Assembly (NCBI GenBank): GCA_048013815.1
Contig: CM106586.1
Span: forward strand, 4,216,001 to 4,280,000
DNA from: Setoptus koraiensis
Lineage: Eukaryota > Animalia > Arthropoda
Reading direction: 5' to 3'
Length of the DNA stretch: 64,000 nucleotides
The notes beneath the pieces were generated by a model. The model was not told the DNA's origin. It did no database searches and saw only the letters and a program-made list of their open reading frames with translations. The translations under genes were made by a program, and so were the position numbers. Shown here piece after piece: positions 35,830 through 46,978 of this stretch (its first letter is position 1; each line of letters opens with the position of its first letter).

Positions 35830-36855
35830 TTAGTCCTTGGGTACTAAATTAGGCTTATATGAAATTTTTCTAGTCTTAATTGTGATCCACGTATGCCTCT
35901 TCCAATACCATGCTGCTGCAAGAAGAGGTATAATGATGGTGTAGAACTAAAATCGACAAAGTATTAGTATAAAGATTTACTTTCAGAACAGAAATGATCG
36001 GAAAAAGAATGCCTCTTTAGAGCCAAGACTTACTTTGATTGCCATCTTTTTACGATCCTCCAATTCTGGCATTGAGCACCAGGCCAAGAATGTAGTCACA
36101 TCTTTAGCCATTTGACTTGCTGTTGCTGGAGTTCCATCAGAATATTCTATCACTTCGTCGTAAAGTGCTTGTGCCATACTGATGTTTCCTCCTAAAAAGT
36201 ATGGATTAAAATGTTGACCCTCCTCCACCTTAACTCCTGCAGGAGGCTCTACATAACCAGTTAGAAGAGAAAATATATAATCCTGTGCACGAAAATGAAG
36301 ATAAAGATGGGTATAATCAGTTGATATAAATAATATGTTGTAATGATTATAGGAATGATGGAGATATTTTTTTCATCTGATACTCACTTCGCTTCCTTCA
36401 CGTGCCAATACAATGTAAGAAAGATCAGGTGGCAAAGCACCATTGTTAGCAGCTCTAGCTGCCTCTGGGTTTGCATATGGGCTAGGTACAACGTCCGATA
36501 ATTTGCCTGGCCTCATGAACATTTTACCTGTATCGTCAGGTCCATCTTGAATCAGAACTTCTGCAGCTTCTGCTTTGGCTTCATCTTCGGTCAGGAACAC
36601 ATTCACCATGTCTCTGTAGGGAATATATTGCAGACCATGGCAGGCCGCACATACTTGTTTGTATACTTCCCAGCCCCTTCTGATGCTAGCGTGGTCATAT
36701 GAGTTTAATCCCTTCTTGTGATACCAATCCATCTTTGGTGGGTGAGCTATCAATTCTGCTGCTTCAACGGGTTGACTGAGAGAGTAGACTAACCCAGCTC
36801 CTGAGCCCAAAAAAAGAAGTCTGCGGGCATTCTTAAATATCCGATTAACAATCAT
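35830..36855 (-). CDS. CYC1: Cytochrome c1, mitochondrial complex III, ~277 aa (exons 36855..36388, 36282..36034, 35946..35830)
   Basis: Heme motif [25 protein letters not shown]|[30 protein letters not shown], then a C-terminal TM and WKRHTW. Two phase-0 GT-AG introns. AATAAA on the minus strand at 35753..35748. Confidence 0.97.
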
Positions 36856-37664
36856 GGTAACTAAAAGTAAGCTAAGGTTTTGAGTTGTTTCCCAATATGT
36901 ATGTATAATTGTAATAATATTAATAATATGATTTTAACTAGATAAATAACATTAGACCATATAGTTCATGGATACAGGCAATTTATGCTAAATGTTTGCA
37001 GATGATTCTGAAGGACAGACACGGATAATACAATTCTCAATGGTTTGGTTTGCGAGCCAAACACACTAGCGCAAGAATGGCTCACAAGCGCACAGGATCA
37101 CGCTTGCTCTAGTGCAGCTATATGCTGGATTTCAGGTGACGGTCTGTCGGCACATAAACATCGGGAGCACAGTTTTTCCCCTATTTCTTAACGTGCATCG
37201 AATGGGATGCATTCAAATCAACGCTAAACATGCCACATGCGCTCACAACGGGGGCGCGCATTCCGCAAAATGATTCTGCACAGTTTGTACTTGATTTGTG
37301 GGAACGGACATTGTCAAGGGTACAAGGGTACCTTGTTTATCGAGATATAATCGGTTGGGTTGAATCACATGATACATTTAGGAAACTCTTTCATTTATAA
37401 TAATAACACATTGTCTATGTAATATATAAATCATTGTGAAATACATAGAGTCCAATGAATATACCGGACAAACTGAGTTTCGAACATTCGATTTATACTT
37501 CAGATTCCACCAGAATCTCAACAAACTATTGACCAAGAAGGATTGTCCACCCTGGATCGCGATCGATTTGTGTGTTTGAACCACTCTGATGACTAGAATT
37601 ACTACACTTGACCGAGACAAAAATACATCTAGACACATTCGGGAGTATTGAACCATTTCAGAAC

Positions 37665-38447
37665 ATGTCTCGTCTATTGCCAGAGCCCATTCCGAGGACA
37701 TCGGCGAGGAAGTCGTCTTCGGGGCTCACATCACTTAACAAGTGGACAAAATTCGTGACCAGATTATTTCGATTCAATCAAATGGACTTTGAATTTGCCA
37801 CATGGCAAATGATATATTTATTCATATCGCCTCAGAAAGTATTCAAGAACTCAAGCTACAGGAAGCACACCAAAAATCAATACGCCAGAGACGATCCTGC
37901 CTTTCTCGTACTACTTGCCGGTTGGTTCATATTGAGTGCTGCAGCATTGAGCATCGTGCTACAATTGCATTTTGTCGGATTCATAAAGTTTATATTTTGG
38001 CTCATTCTTGTGGACTGCATAGCCATCGGACTTGTGGTAGCAACAATTTTTTGGTTTGTTACAAACAAATTCTTTAAACAGAAAAGCATCAATCAATTGC
38101 CAACCCAACAGGAGGATGTAGAGTGGGGCTATGCCTTCGATGTACATCTAAATGCCTTCTTCCCACCGCTCATAATACTCCACGTATTCCAGATGTTATT
38201 CTTCAATTACTTTATTAGCCAAGACTGGTTCTTGGCCAGATTGTTTGGCAATACACTCTGGCTAATATCGTCCATGTACTATTGTTACATTACCTATTTA
38301 GGTTACAATTCATTGCCATATTCAAAGAATACAAAATATATACTGTATGGCGCCGCACCCCTAGTATTAATCTATGTTATAACAATATTATCGGGCATCA
38401 ATATTATGAGAATGATTATGGATTTTTACAAGTACCGCGTATACTAG
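37665..38447 (+). CDS. UNC50: UNC-50 family Golgi membrane protein, 260 aa, intronless CDS
   Basis: QMDFEFATWQMIYL..SPQKVFK, KNQYARDDPAFLVLL, VEWGYAFDVHLNAFFP and YYCYITYLGY..LP motifs. First ATG at 37665. Confidence 0.96.
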   Translation: MSRLLPEPIPRTSARKSSSGLTSLNKWTKFVTRLFRFNQMDFEFATWQMIYLFISPQKVFKNSSYRKHTKNQYARDDPAFLVLLAGWFILSAAALSIVLQLHFVGFIKFIFWLILVDCIAIGLVVATIFWFVTNKFFKQKSINQLPTQQEDVEWGYAFDVHLNAFFPPLIILHVFQMLFFNYFISQDWFLARLFGNTLWLISSMYYCYITYLGYNSLPYSKNTKYILYGAAPLVLIYVITILSGINIMRMIMDFYKYRVY

Positions 38448-39290
38448 TCGTAATTACAATGAGAAACAAATATGAACTAAAAAATAAAACAACAATACAA
38501 AGTGCTTCATGGGTGTATCTGTCATCATGGTGTTAAAACTTTCTAGATAGAGATCAGAGATGCTCACTGACACCATGTTCGGCAACCGGCAATTAACTTG
38601 ATCTAGACAATACAAACAAGTACTTGTAATACTGAATATAGGTTGTTGTATTTAGGCGGTGTTGATTGATATATATAGGCTGATAATCTAGATAATCTCT
38701 CGATGAGCTGGCGAGATGAAAACTATGATAGCAGACAGTGGAAATGACGAATGCCTTCCCTCCGTCTACAAGATTACAAATTCACTGGGTAGCTTAACTT
38801 GGCTACTACCAATTATGACATTCTTGGTGCGACTCCTCAGCATCTATTCAATGTATAGTTTTGCAATGTTAGTACACATGAGATAAATCTAAACCATTAT
38901 GTGTAAATAGCAATAATAGCAATAATGACTAGTGTAATATTGCTACAGACGTTTAATAGTGGTTTTTCTCGCCATTATCGTTGGTTACGAAATAACTACT
39001 TGTGATAAAGCGTCATTTTTTATTGTCTTGTGAAATCGATTTTATTTTCACAAAACAAATTGCCATTATTAGTTTTCACAATCAAGCGAGCAGTTACTCA
39101 ATTCGGCCATCATTAAAAGACAAATAGAAATGAAACGGAAGTGTGTATATATACTACTCGTATGAAGTATATTTTATTCTGATAATAATAAATTTAAAAA
39201 AACGTTTAATTGTTTGACTAAAAAAAATCCTTTGAAAAGTTTCGTCAAAACTAACTAAAGTTTTAGGAGAAAATTTTGCAGCCTCAAACA

Positions 39291-41361
39291 ATGTCTACAG
39301 AGGACAAGCTATTCAGATCTAAGTTTCCCTATACTTCGCCTGACAAGAATGCCACTACTGCCTCGTACCTTTTGGAGTCCTTCGAGTATCATCATGATAG
39401 GACTTTAATAGTAGATTGTACAAGCAAACGAGAATGGACTGGCGAACAGTTGAAAGAGGCAACCCTCAGAGTGGCCTCTGGTCTGATGGACATGTGTCAC
39501 ATTAAGAAGGGTGACGTGATATATATGATGTGTCCTCATTCTGACCATGAGATCATTATGTGCTTCGGGGCCCAATTGACGGGTGCCACCGTTTTCGGAT
39601 CAACACCTCGAGATGGATACAGCGAACACAAGACAATGTGTGGCATCGTTAAGCCAACTGTTCTTGTTGCCAGTTACAGAATGCACCACGAAATGGTTCA
39701 ATTGGTAGAGGACATCGCAAAGATAACACCGGAACGAGAAAACAAGGCCAGGATAATCTGGATAGACACAATCGATAAGCCTCTAGCTGATGTCGATGAC
39801 TATAAGACGGCAATTTTCAGCAACAACAACAGTAACGACAACAACACCAGCAACAACAACAACAACAACTCGTCAGAGTATATCGAATTGATGCAACGTG
39901 ACAACGTGATTGTCTATTATGACGATCTGCTTAACTACAAACATTTACATTATGACCAGGTGAGAGATGTTCTCGAGAATCAGATAGATGCAGCCAAAGA
40001 TGCAGCCTTTCTGTTGCTGACGTCGGGTTCAACAGGTAAACCAAAGGTGGTGCATCAGACTCACCACACTGTAGTGGCGGCGGCATATGCCACTATGACG
40101 GCACCAAGAACAAAGGACAAGAGTAGAAATAAACGATTGAGTCAACTCAAGGAACAATTGCCCATTTCTGACAATGGTGACATTTGGTATCTGGACGAAA
40201 ATTCCATCGTAGCTGGTGATTTACCATTGGATCATGGCGCTGGTCAAGATGCAATGTTTGTATCGATACACAAGGGCTGTAAATTTGCCGTAATGCGCAG
40301 CTACGACACTGACATCTTCTGGGAGAATGTCTCTAACTACAAAATAACCGATTGTATGGCAAGCTCAACGTTTGCCCATAAGCTATTGTCGCGTTTCAAG
40401 ACACAATTAGACAAATGCAACAAATTTTATCAGGATCTCGACATAACTTCGTTTAGGACATTGATCTTTTGTGGCTCCCGTATCGGCTCAATAGAATTGT
40501 GCGAAGAGTTTATGCGAGATCATCCCCATTTAGCCATAATGCAGGGCTATGGGTGTACCGAGGCGGCTTACATATCGCTGCTCGTGCGAGGGTGGGTAGC
40601 AATCTAATTATATTGATGATATCGAAATGACGTAATGAGACGTAAGAGCCAGAGCCAGAAATTGTTAACTATTTTGTTTTTATGTCAATGCTTACACGTT
40701 ATTGTCATCATTTTGCTATAGGTACCACATTGGCCACTTAGACTCGGTGGGCTATCTCGCTCCAGGCGTCACAGCCAAAGTGGTGGACCCAGACACTGGC
40801 GAGGTATTGGGCAAGAACCAAATGGGTGAATTGTTCGTTAAAACTTCTGCTTGTTTCTTGAGATATTATGGCGATGCAAAGATGCTAGAGATCACCGAAT
40901 CGGTGTACGATAGCGATCGCTTCTACAAGACAGGCGACCAAGTGTATTTCGACGACGACGAGCGCCTCTATGTGATTGGTCGCTACAAGGACACACTGTT
41001 TTTAGATGAGGATTGGAAGATATTGCCCAAAGAATTAGAGGACATTGTAGAGCAGCATCCGCTAGTTGAGCATGCCTGTATAGTGGGCATGCCAGATCCT
41101 GAGTCGCCCTCTTCTCACGCCCCGAAAGCGTTTATAAAACTGGTGCCAGGGGTCAGGGGCTACTGTATTGAGCTGGGCGAGAGGCGCCCTGATGTGGGCC
41201 AGGGCGAGGTTGTAGTCAGCGACAAGGACATTTTTGATTTTATGACCACCAAGGTGGCTAAGCCTAAATATTTGCGAGGCGGTGTGAGATTTGTGGACGA
41301 ATGGCCCAGAAACGGCCTGTTGAACAAAATAGATCGTAAGCAGTTGCGATTGATGCCCTGA
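39291..41361 (+). CDS. 4-coumarate-CoA ligase / firefly-luciferase-like AMP-dependent acyl-CoA synthetase, ~646 aa (exons 39291..40591, 40722..41361)
   Basis: ANL-superfamily motifs: P-loop LLTSGSTGKPK, QGYGCTE, GELFVK, YKTGD, GRYKD, PKELE, KYLRGGVRFVDEWPR and the C-terminal catalytic Lys (NKIDRK). A phase-2 intron GG|gtgggt...tatag|G joins the two ORFs. Confidence 0.88.
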
Positions 41362-41748
41362 ACAATTGATCTCACCTGACGACAGTGAGCCTCAATCATT
41401 GAGACAAATAACAAGTTATATGAATATTCTAGACAATTCAAATGACAGCAATTATATACAGCCGTAATTGTTACAATTGCAGCATAACAAAAGAGCACTA
41501 ATATATCAATAAATGGACCTCACTTTAGAATTGTTTACTTGAGAGAAAGAGATAGTTTATTTCCTATTGACAATTATCAATTCTGTTGTTGCCTCGAATA
41601 AAAGTATTCACATACATATCATGGGCCTGTCAGTACATCAACAGCATCGGCAGCATGTTGGGCGTCTGTCAACAATAATTTATATTTGTTGTTTGTGTTT
41701 ATTAGTATCATTGCTGCAAGATTGAATCAATGGTTGTTGTTGCTATAA

Positions 41749-44700
41749 CTATTCGTCTTTGGTTATCTCCTCCGTTGAAGGTGATTTATGAGCGGATATA
41801 TTTAATTTCTCATATTGTGTCACTAAATCTTGTTCACGTTGATAATTATTGCTTGTTATCCTCTTAGATGGATCAATCATAACCTCTTGTTGGCTCACCT
41901 GTGCCAGATTCTCCAAACTAACGGCCAACTTGATCTGTTGTTGTTGCTGCTGTTGTTGTTGCTGTTGCTGATCATTTTGAGGCTCATCGTCTTTTCTCGT
42001 GATGGCTTTAGAGCCGCCAGCGCCGCTAACTGCCGTTTGCAATGGTGTTTGTTGGTCTGGCCCCATTGTTGTTGTTGCCGCTGTTGTTGTTGTTGTAACA
42101 ACAACCTGTGGTTGCTGATCGTTGATACCACCGGTTGTCATAGGATCTATGTTGGCAGCCAGAATTTCGCTTGCCATACTGCCGCTACTGCTACTACTAC
42201 TACTACTACAACTGCTACTACTGCTACTACTGTGGTTGAGTTGCTTGCTTACAGTTACAGTTGTGCTGTCTTGCTGCGATGTCTTGCCTTTCACCGGCGT
42301 CTCTCTTTGCTCTTGGCCATTTCCGGTCGGTTTAGTTGTGACAGAGATTGATTTGTTGGCCTTTGTGTTGTCGCTGGAGGACTTTTTCTTCTTGTTGTCC
42401 TTGTCTGATTCATTAGCAGCAACATTGTCGTCTGTAGTAATGGTAGTGGCTTGCTTGTTGTCAATGGAAACAATATTGGTTGTTGCTGATTTGTTGTTAT
42501 TATCAATATTTTTGGCCGGTTCAAGCTGTTGGTTCAATGTGTCTTTATTATTAGCGCTACTGCCGCTACTGGCTGCCTGAACAGATGATGATAACGGCTG
42601 AGATTGCGGTTTTTGTTGTTGTGACGTCGCCTGACTGTTACTGTTGTTGTTGTTATTGTTGTTGTTGTTGTTGTGCTGATGTGCTGTTACAAAATTAGTG
42701 TTGGAACGGTGATGGTGACGATGGCCAGACGAGCGCTGCTGCGACTGATTGGACAGCGACAACTGACAGCTACTATCGGTGGTCAGTTGTTGCTGATTAG
42801 TTGGTTTGGTAACGGGAGTATTAATATTAGTGACTAGTGACTTTGACTGGGCAGCGCCGCCAGCAACCGGCTGACCGGTCGCTGACCCGCTGGCCTGATG
42901 ATGATGCGATCTGTGATGGTGTCCTCTATGCTGGTGTCTATGTTGATGTTTGTGCGATGTTGAGCTTGACGTTGTTTGTGAGCTCAGCGAAGCTGACGTG
43001 GTTGTCGTTGTCGTTGTCGGACAATTACTATTGCCGGCCAATTGAGTCGATGAGCCAACAACAGATCTCGAGCCACCAGTAGACGGGCTGTCACTGTAGG
43101 TGGTGCTGGTTGAGGGCGACGCAAAAGCGCCAGCCCGACTAGGGTTACTGGCAGCCTGTTGTTGTTGTTGCTGCTGTTGCTGTTTCTTTTGCTGCGACGA
43201 GGTGAGCTGTTCTTGGATGAGTTTCTGTTCTAGATTTGTGACGGCGCTATTGGCCTCCAATTGCAACTGCTGGCGTCGCTTTCCCAAATGTTTCAATGGT
43301 ATCTCGGTGCCGTATATTTTGGTGGCCTTTTCCGCCATAGTTGTGAGCATATCCAGGGACTCCTTGTGGGCCGCTTTGAGCGACACGTGCCACTCCTTGA
43401 GGCCGATTTCGTCCTTGATTATCACGAGATCAATCGTTATCAAACAAATTAGAGAGAGAGAGAGAGACAAATAGGTAAATTGTCAAATTAGCAAATTATC
43501 AAACTGAAATGACGATCAATTCAATATCAGCCACTGAACAAAACTCACCGAATTGGTAAAGACGTATTTGGAATGATTGTACATCTTGATGACAATGCAC
43601 TGTTCGTTTTTAATTTGAACATAATCATTGCACACCTCCTCTATCTGGTCCATAAATATAAGCTCCGGCTTACCGCTATCACTATACAATTCCAGCCTAT
43701 TTGGATATAAGCGCAAATATCTAGTTAGCCAAGTGGCTGTAAATGTGCCACCCAAACGCTTTACATAGCCATGCAATATACAATCGGACCATTCCTCCTC
43801 TTGGTAGCCCAATTTGTTTTTGTTTTTTCGTTTCATTTCCGCTTTGTCAGCCTCATGGTTTATATAATCAAATATAGTTTCCGCTATTTCGTGTTGCCAG
43901 CGTTCGCTAACAACAACGGGAAAATTTCTATAAAGCTCTTGATCGGCTTCAGTCAAATTAATATGCTTAGTGTCCTCCTCATCGAATGAGCCTATATCAA
44001 AGGCATCGGCCGCATTGACCTCACCGCGGGCGGGTATTAGGGGCGGCGGAAGCCGTTGCAAATAGACAACGCGCCAATCGATGCCACGAAAGAATGGATG
44101 ATTTTTGAGCTCGTTGGCGCCCTGGCCCCGGCATCCCAAGCGTTTGCTGACGTCACGTTGTAACAGGCCCACAAGCATGGATTTGAGTTCTGGCGAGAAC
44201 GAGTCAGGCATTTCGACCGCCTTCATGATGACGACCATGACGATTAATATTATATTAAAAATGGCCACCAACATGCACAATGTGCGTTCCGGGAATTAAA
44301 TGTCCGAATATGTCCGAATATATCCAGTCGTTGCAAGTGGGTCGTCGTCGGCGGTGGTTTAGGTTGACCAGTGCGACGTGATTGGGCCAGACCGTTGCGT
44401 TGGGCAAAGTTGCAAATTGAAACAACAACAACAACAACAATTTGTTAGATTAGATTGCGTTGGACACACAACTTATAATTGATTGGGTGGTATAAATTAA
44501 TAATTGATTACTGCTCGCGCTGCGCCCGAGAGGTTGGCCACGAGACAGGGGCCGGCACTCTCATAGATGACAGTTTTAATGCCAGCTCGGCGCCATTTGA
44601 TCATGATCAGAATAATGGTTGCAAATGGTTGGGCCACTGGCCACTTGCAGACACGACGTGATTATCTTGTTGTTGTAGTATTGAGATAATGTGATTCACA

Positions 44701-44939
44701 TACTAATAATGTCATAACAATAATGACATGATAATCACGTTAGATTGCTGCTGCTGCTGCTGCCACTGTTGGCAAACACACACAATCATCAGCAAGCGGC
44801 CTCATCGCAACACATCGGCTTCGGGCATCGGGCATCAAATGAGTGACAAGTGAAAAGCTGCAAAGTACTTACCATGGTCAAGGTCATTTTATCAATTTCG
44901 TGCTTATCTTTAGTCCGATGTTGACGGAATGGACTGTGT
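41749..44939 (-). CDS. Gprk1: G-protein-coupled receptor kinase of the GRK2/3 (Gprk1) class, 3' portion only (exons 44939..44873, 44220..43549, 43413..41749)
   Basis: A 67-nt exon encodes [22 protein letters not shown]. The next exon encodes [14 protein letters not shown]...[28 protein letters not shown] plus a PH domain. The last exon begins [19 protein letters not shown]. All junctions are GT-AG and in phase. The upstream kinase and RGS exons were not found in the window. Confidence 0.93.
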
Positions 44940-45095
44940 CTGTATTGTTTGCACATTGCATTGTTGTTCAAGTGGACAGGAGAGAGATGCGCATATTAGT
45001 GGTGATATACAGGTAGACAAAGGTAGAGAAAAGTGTTTATTCTCGCAGTTTGTGCCAGTCATTGGCTTAGTCATTCATTTTGCTAGCTCGTGGAG

Positions 45096-45462
45096 AATTG
45101 AATTCTTTGTCAAGCAGCTCGGCAAAGAATTCAATTTTAACTTGTCGTACACATTTGCTGCCGTGGCTGACAGCAAATGCCGGCACAAGAAGAATGGTGT
45201 AGCTCGACACAGAACGACGGCCCATGGCGAGCGCCTCTATCCGACGATAGTGCAACTAATCTCAACTGAAGCATCGACCATTGGCAAAGGAATTGCTCTC
45301 TTGCAAATGGCTTTTGTTTAGCTCGCCAAAACCAGCGGCCAGATCAACCAGATTGCTGTCATTGAGCGCTGATTCACTTGCCAGTGTTGTGAAGGGACTC
45401 ATTTACATTATATTTATATTATGATTGGATGATTATGGCAAGCCTAATTGACGAGCTTGCCA
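45096..45462. other. Cluster of stem-loops in the GRK intron
   Basis: 14-bp perfect stem 45096..45109/45123..45136, 9-bp stem 45152..45160/45171..45179, and 8-bp stem 45436..45443/45455..45462. Confidence 0.6.
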
Positions 45463-46488
45463 GTTTACAATGTGTTCCGTATAGTGGCGCGTTTTAAAGC
45501 ATTTGACTGTGTGATTTTGTGACATTTTTCGCCAACGCTGACGATAGAGGCGCCACAGTGGGGTTCACACGGTGACAAATATCGATAGAAAGTGCACACC
45601 TTGTAACGAAAATGCCGGAAGAAATGGCACAAAGTGGCAGCGTTGAAGCGTTGAGTTTGTACCGGAACATTAGAGCAGTGGCGACGAAAGGAAATTATTT
45701 TTGGGGCGCGCGCGCGGGCGCCCATCGACGGACGCAACGGGCGACAGGCCGGCGATACACGATCTGACCATCTGATCCAATTCAATTCAATCCATCTATC
45801 TATGTAATTCTCCGAAGCGGCGGCTCTGTCACACGTGCGGGCCCATCAGCGCTGATCACCGCTGATCACCGCTGATAGGCTATCGGGGTGCGTGTTGCGA
45901 GCGAGCTAATTTAGCTTCAAGATTGATGATAATCCAACATGATAATGATATATTGTTATTAGCATAACAAGATAACATCTTTAATTAGAGCGCTATCCCT
46001 CAAGCGATCTACAGGCACAGGCCGTGTGCCTATGAATAGGATAGTGAGCTGCTATAAATACGATACAGCGAGCCGATAAACAAAACGGCTACTTGAATTA
46101 TCTTATCATCTGGTGTCGCTGGAATCGCTGGTATCGCTGGTATCGCTGGTATCGCTGGTATCGCTGGTATCGCTGGTATCTAGTGTCTGGCGGACGCAGG
46201 CGGCCAGTGATGCGCCTCCGAAGGGCCCCAAATGCAAACGGAAGCACGCAAATCACAGCCGACACAAGCATGCTGATGATGGCGCCGGCGCCATCGGTGA
46301 GATGGGCCATTACAACATCATCATGATACTAGCGCCATAATAATGGTGCTATATTGTTGGCGCGGATCATTATTTCAAGTGACAGGCTAATAAGTTAGGC
46401 GTGGACAGTGTGTGAACAGGATTGAGGAGCAGCTTTTGTTAGCACAAGCACACACAATGCAAACAACAGAGCAACTATTCTGGGTATT

Positions 46489-46528
46489 CTGGCTGGTCTT
46501 GTCGGGGCCCCCCGACAAGACCAGCCAG
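46489..46528. repeat. Perfect inverted repeat, 19-bp arms, 2-nt spacer
   Basis: CTGGCTGGTCTTGTCGGGG-CC-CCCCGACAAGACCAGCCAG read directly. Confidence 0.97.
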
Positions 46529-46947
46529 TGCAGCCGATGGCGGCCAGCTAATGGGGCCAGCGAGCCTCGTTCGAGAAACATGCCAGACATAGGACTCCTG
46601 TGAGCGGGGCCACCTTTGGCCCAGCTTGTCGACATCTGTGATACCGCGATGCATGTAGGCATGTAGACGCGTGTAAGCTCGTGTTGTCGATTATGTTACA
46701 TAATGGGCCTTTGCACGCGCAATTCTAGCCAAGCTGTTGTGCTGCCGGACAAAGGTAATGATACGCTTGTCCGGCTGACTAGATGAAAAAATGGCTCAAC
46801 GCGCGCTCGCCGGCTAGCCGCACAGGTGAACTGGGCAACAATGACAATAGGATACGGTCAGTTTGGGCAGCCGCTGGCAATCAAATAGCCACTGTCCAGC
46901 AGTGTGTGTGTGTTGGTGTGAGTGTGTGTGTGTGTGTGTGTGTGTTG

Positions 46948-46978
<31 letters not shown>

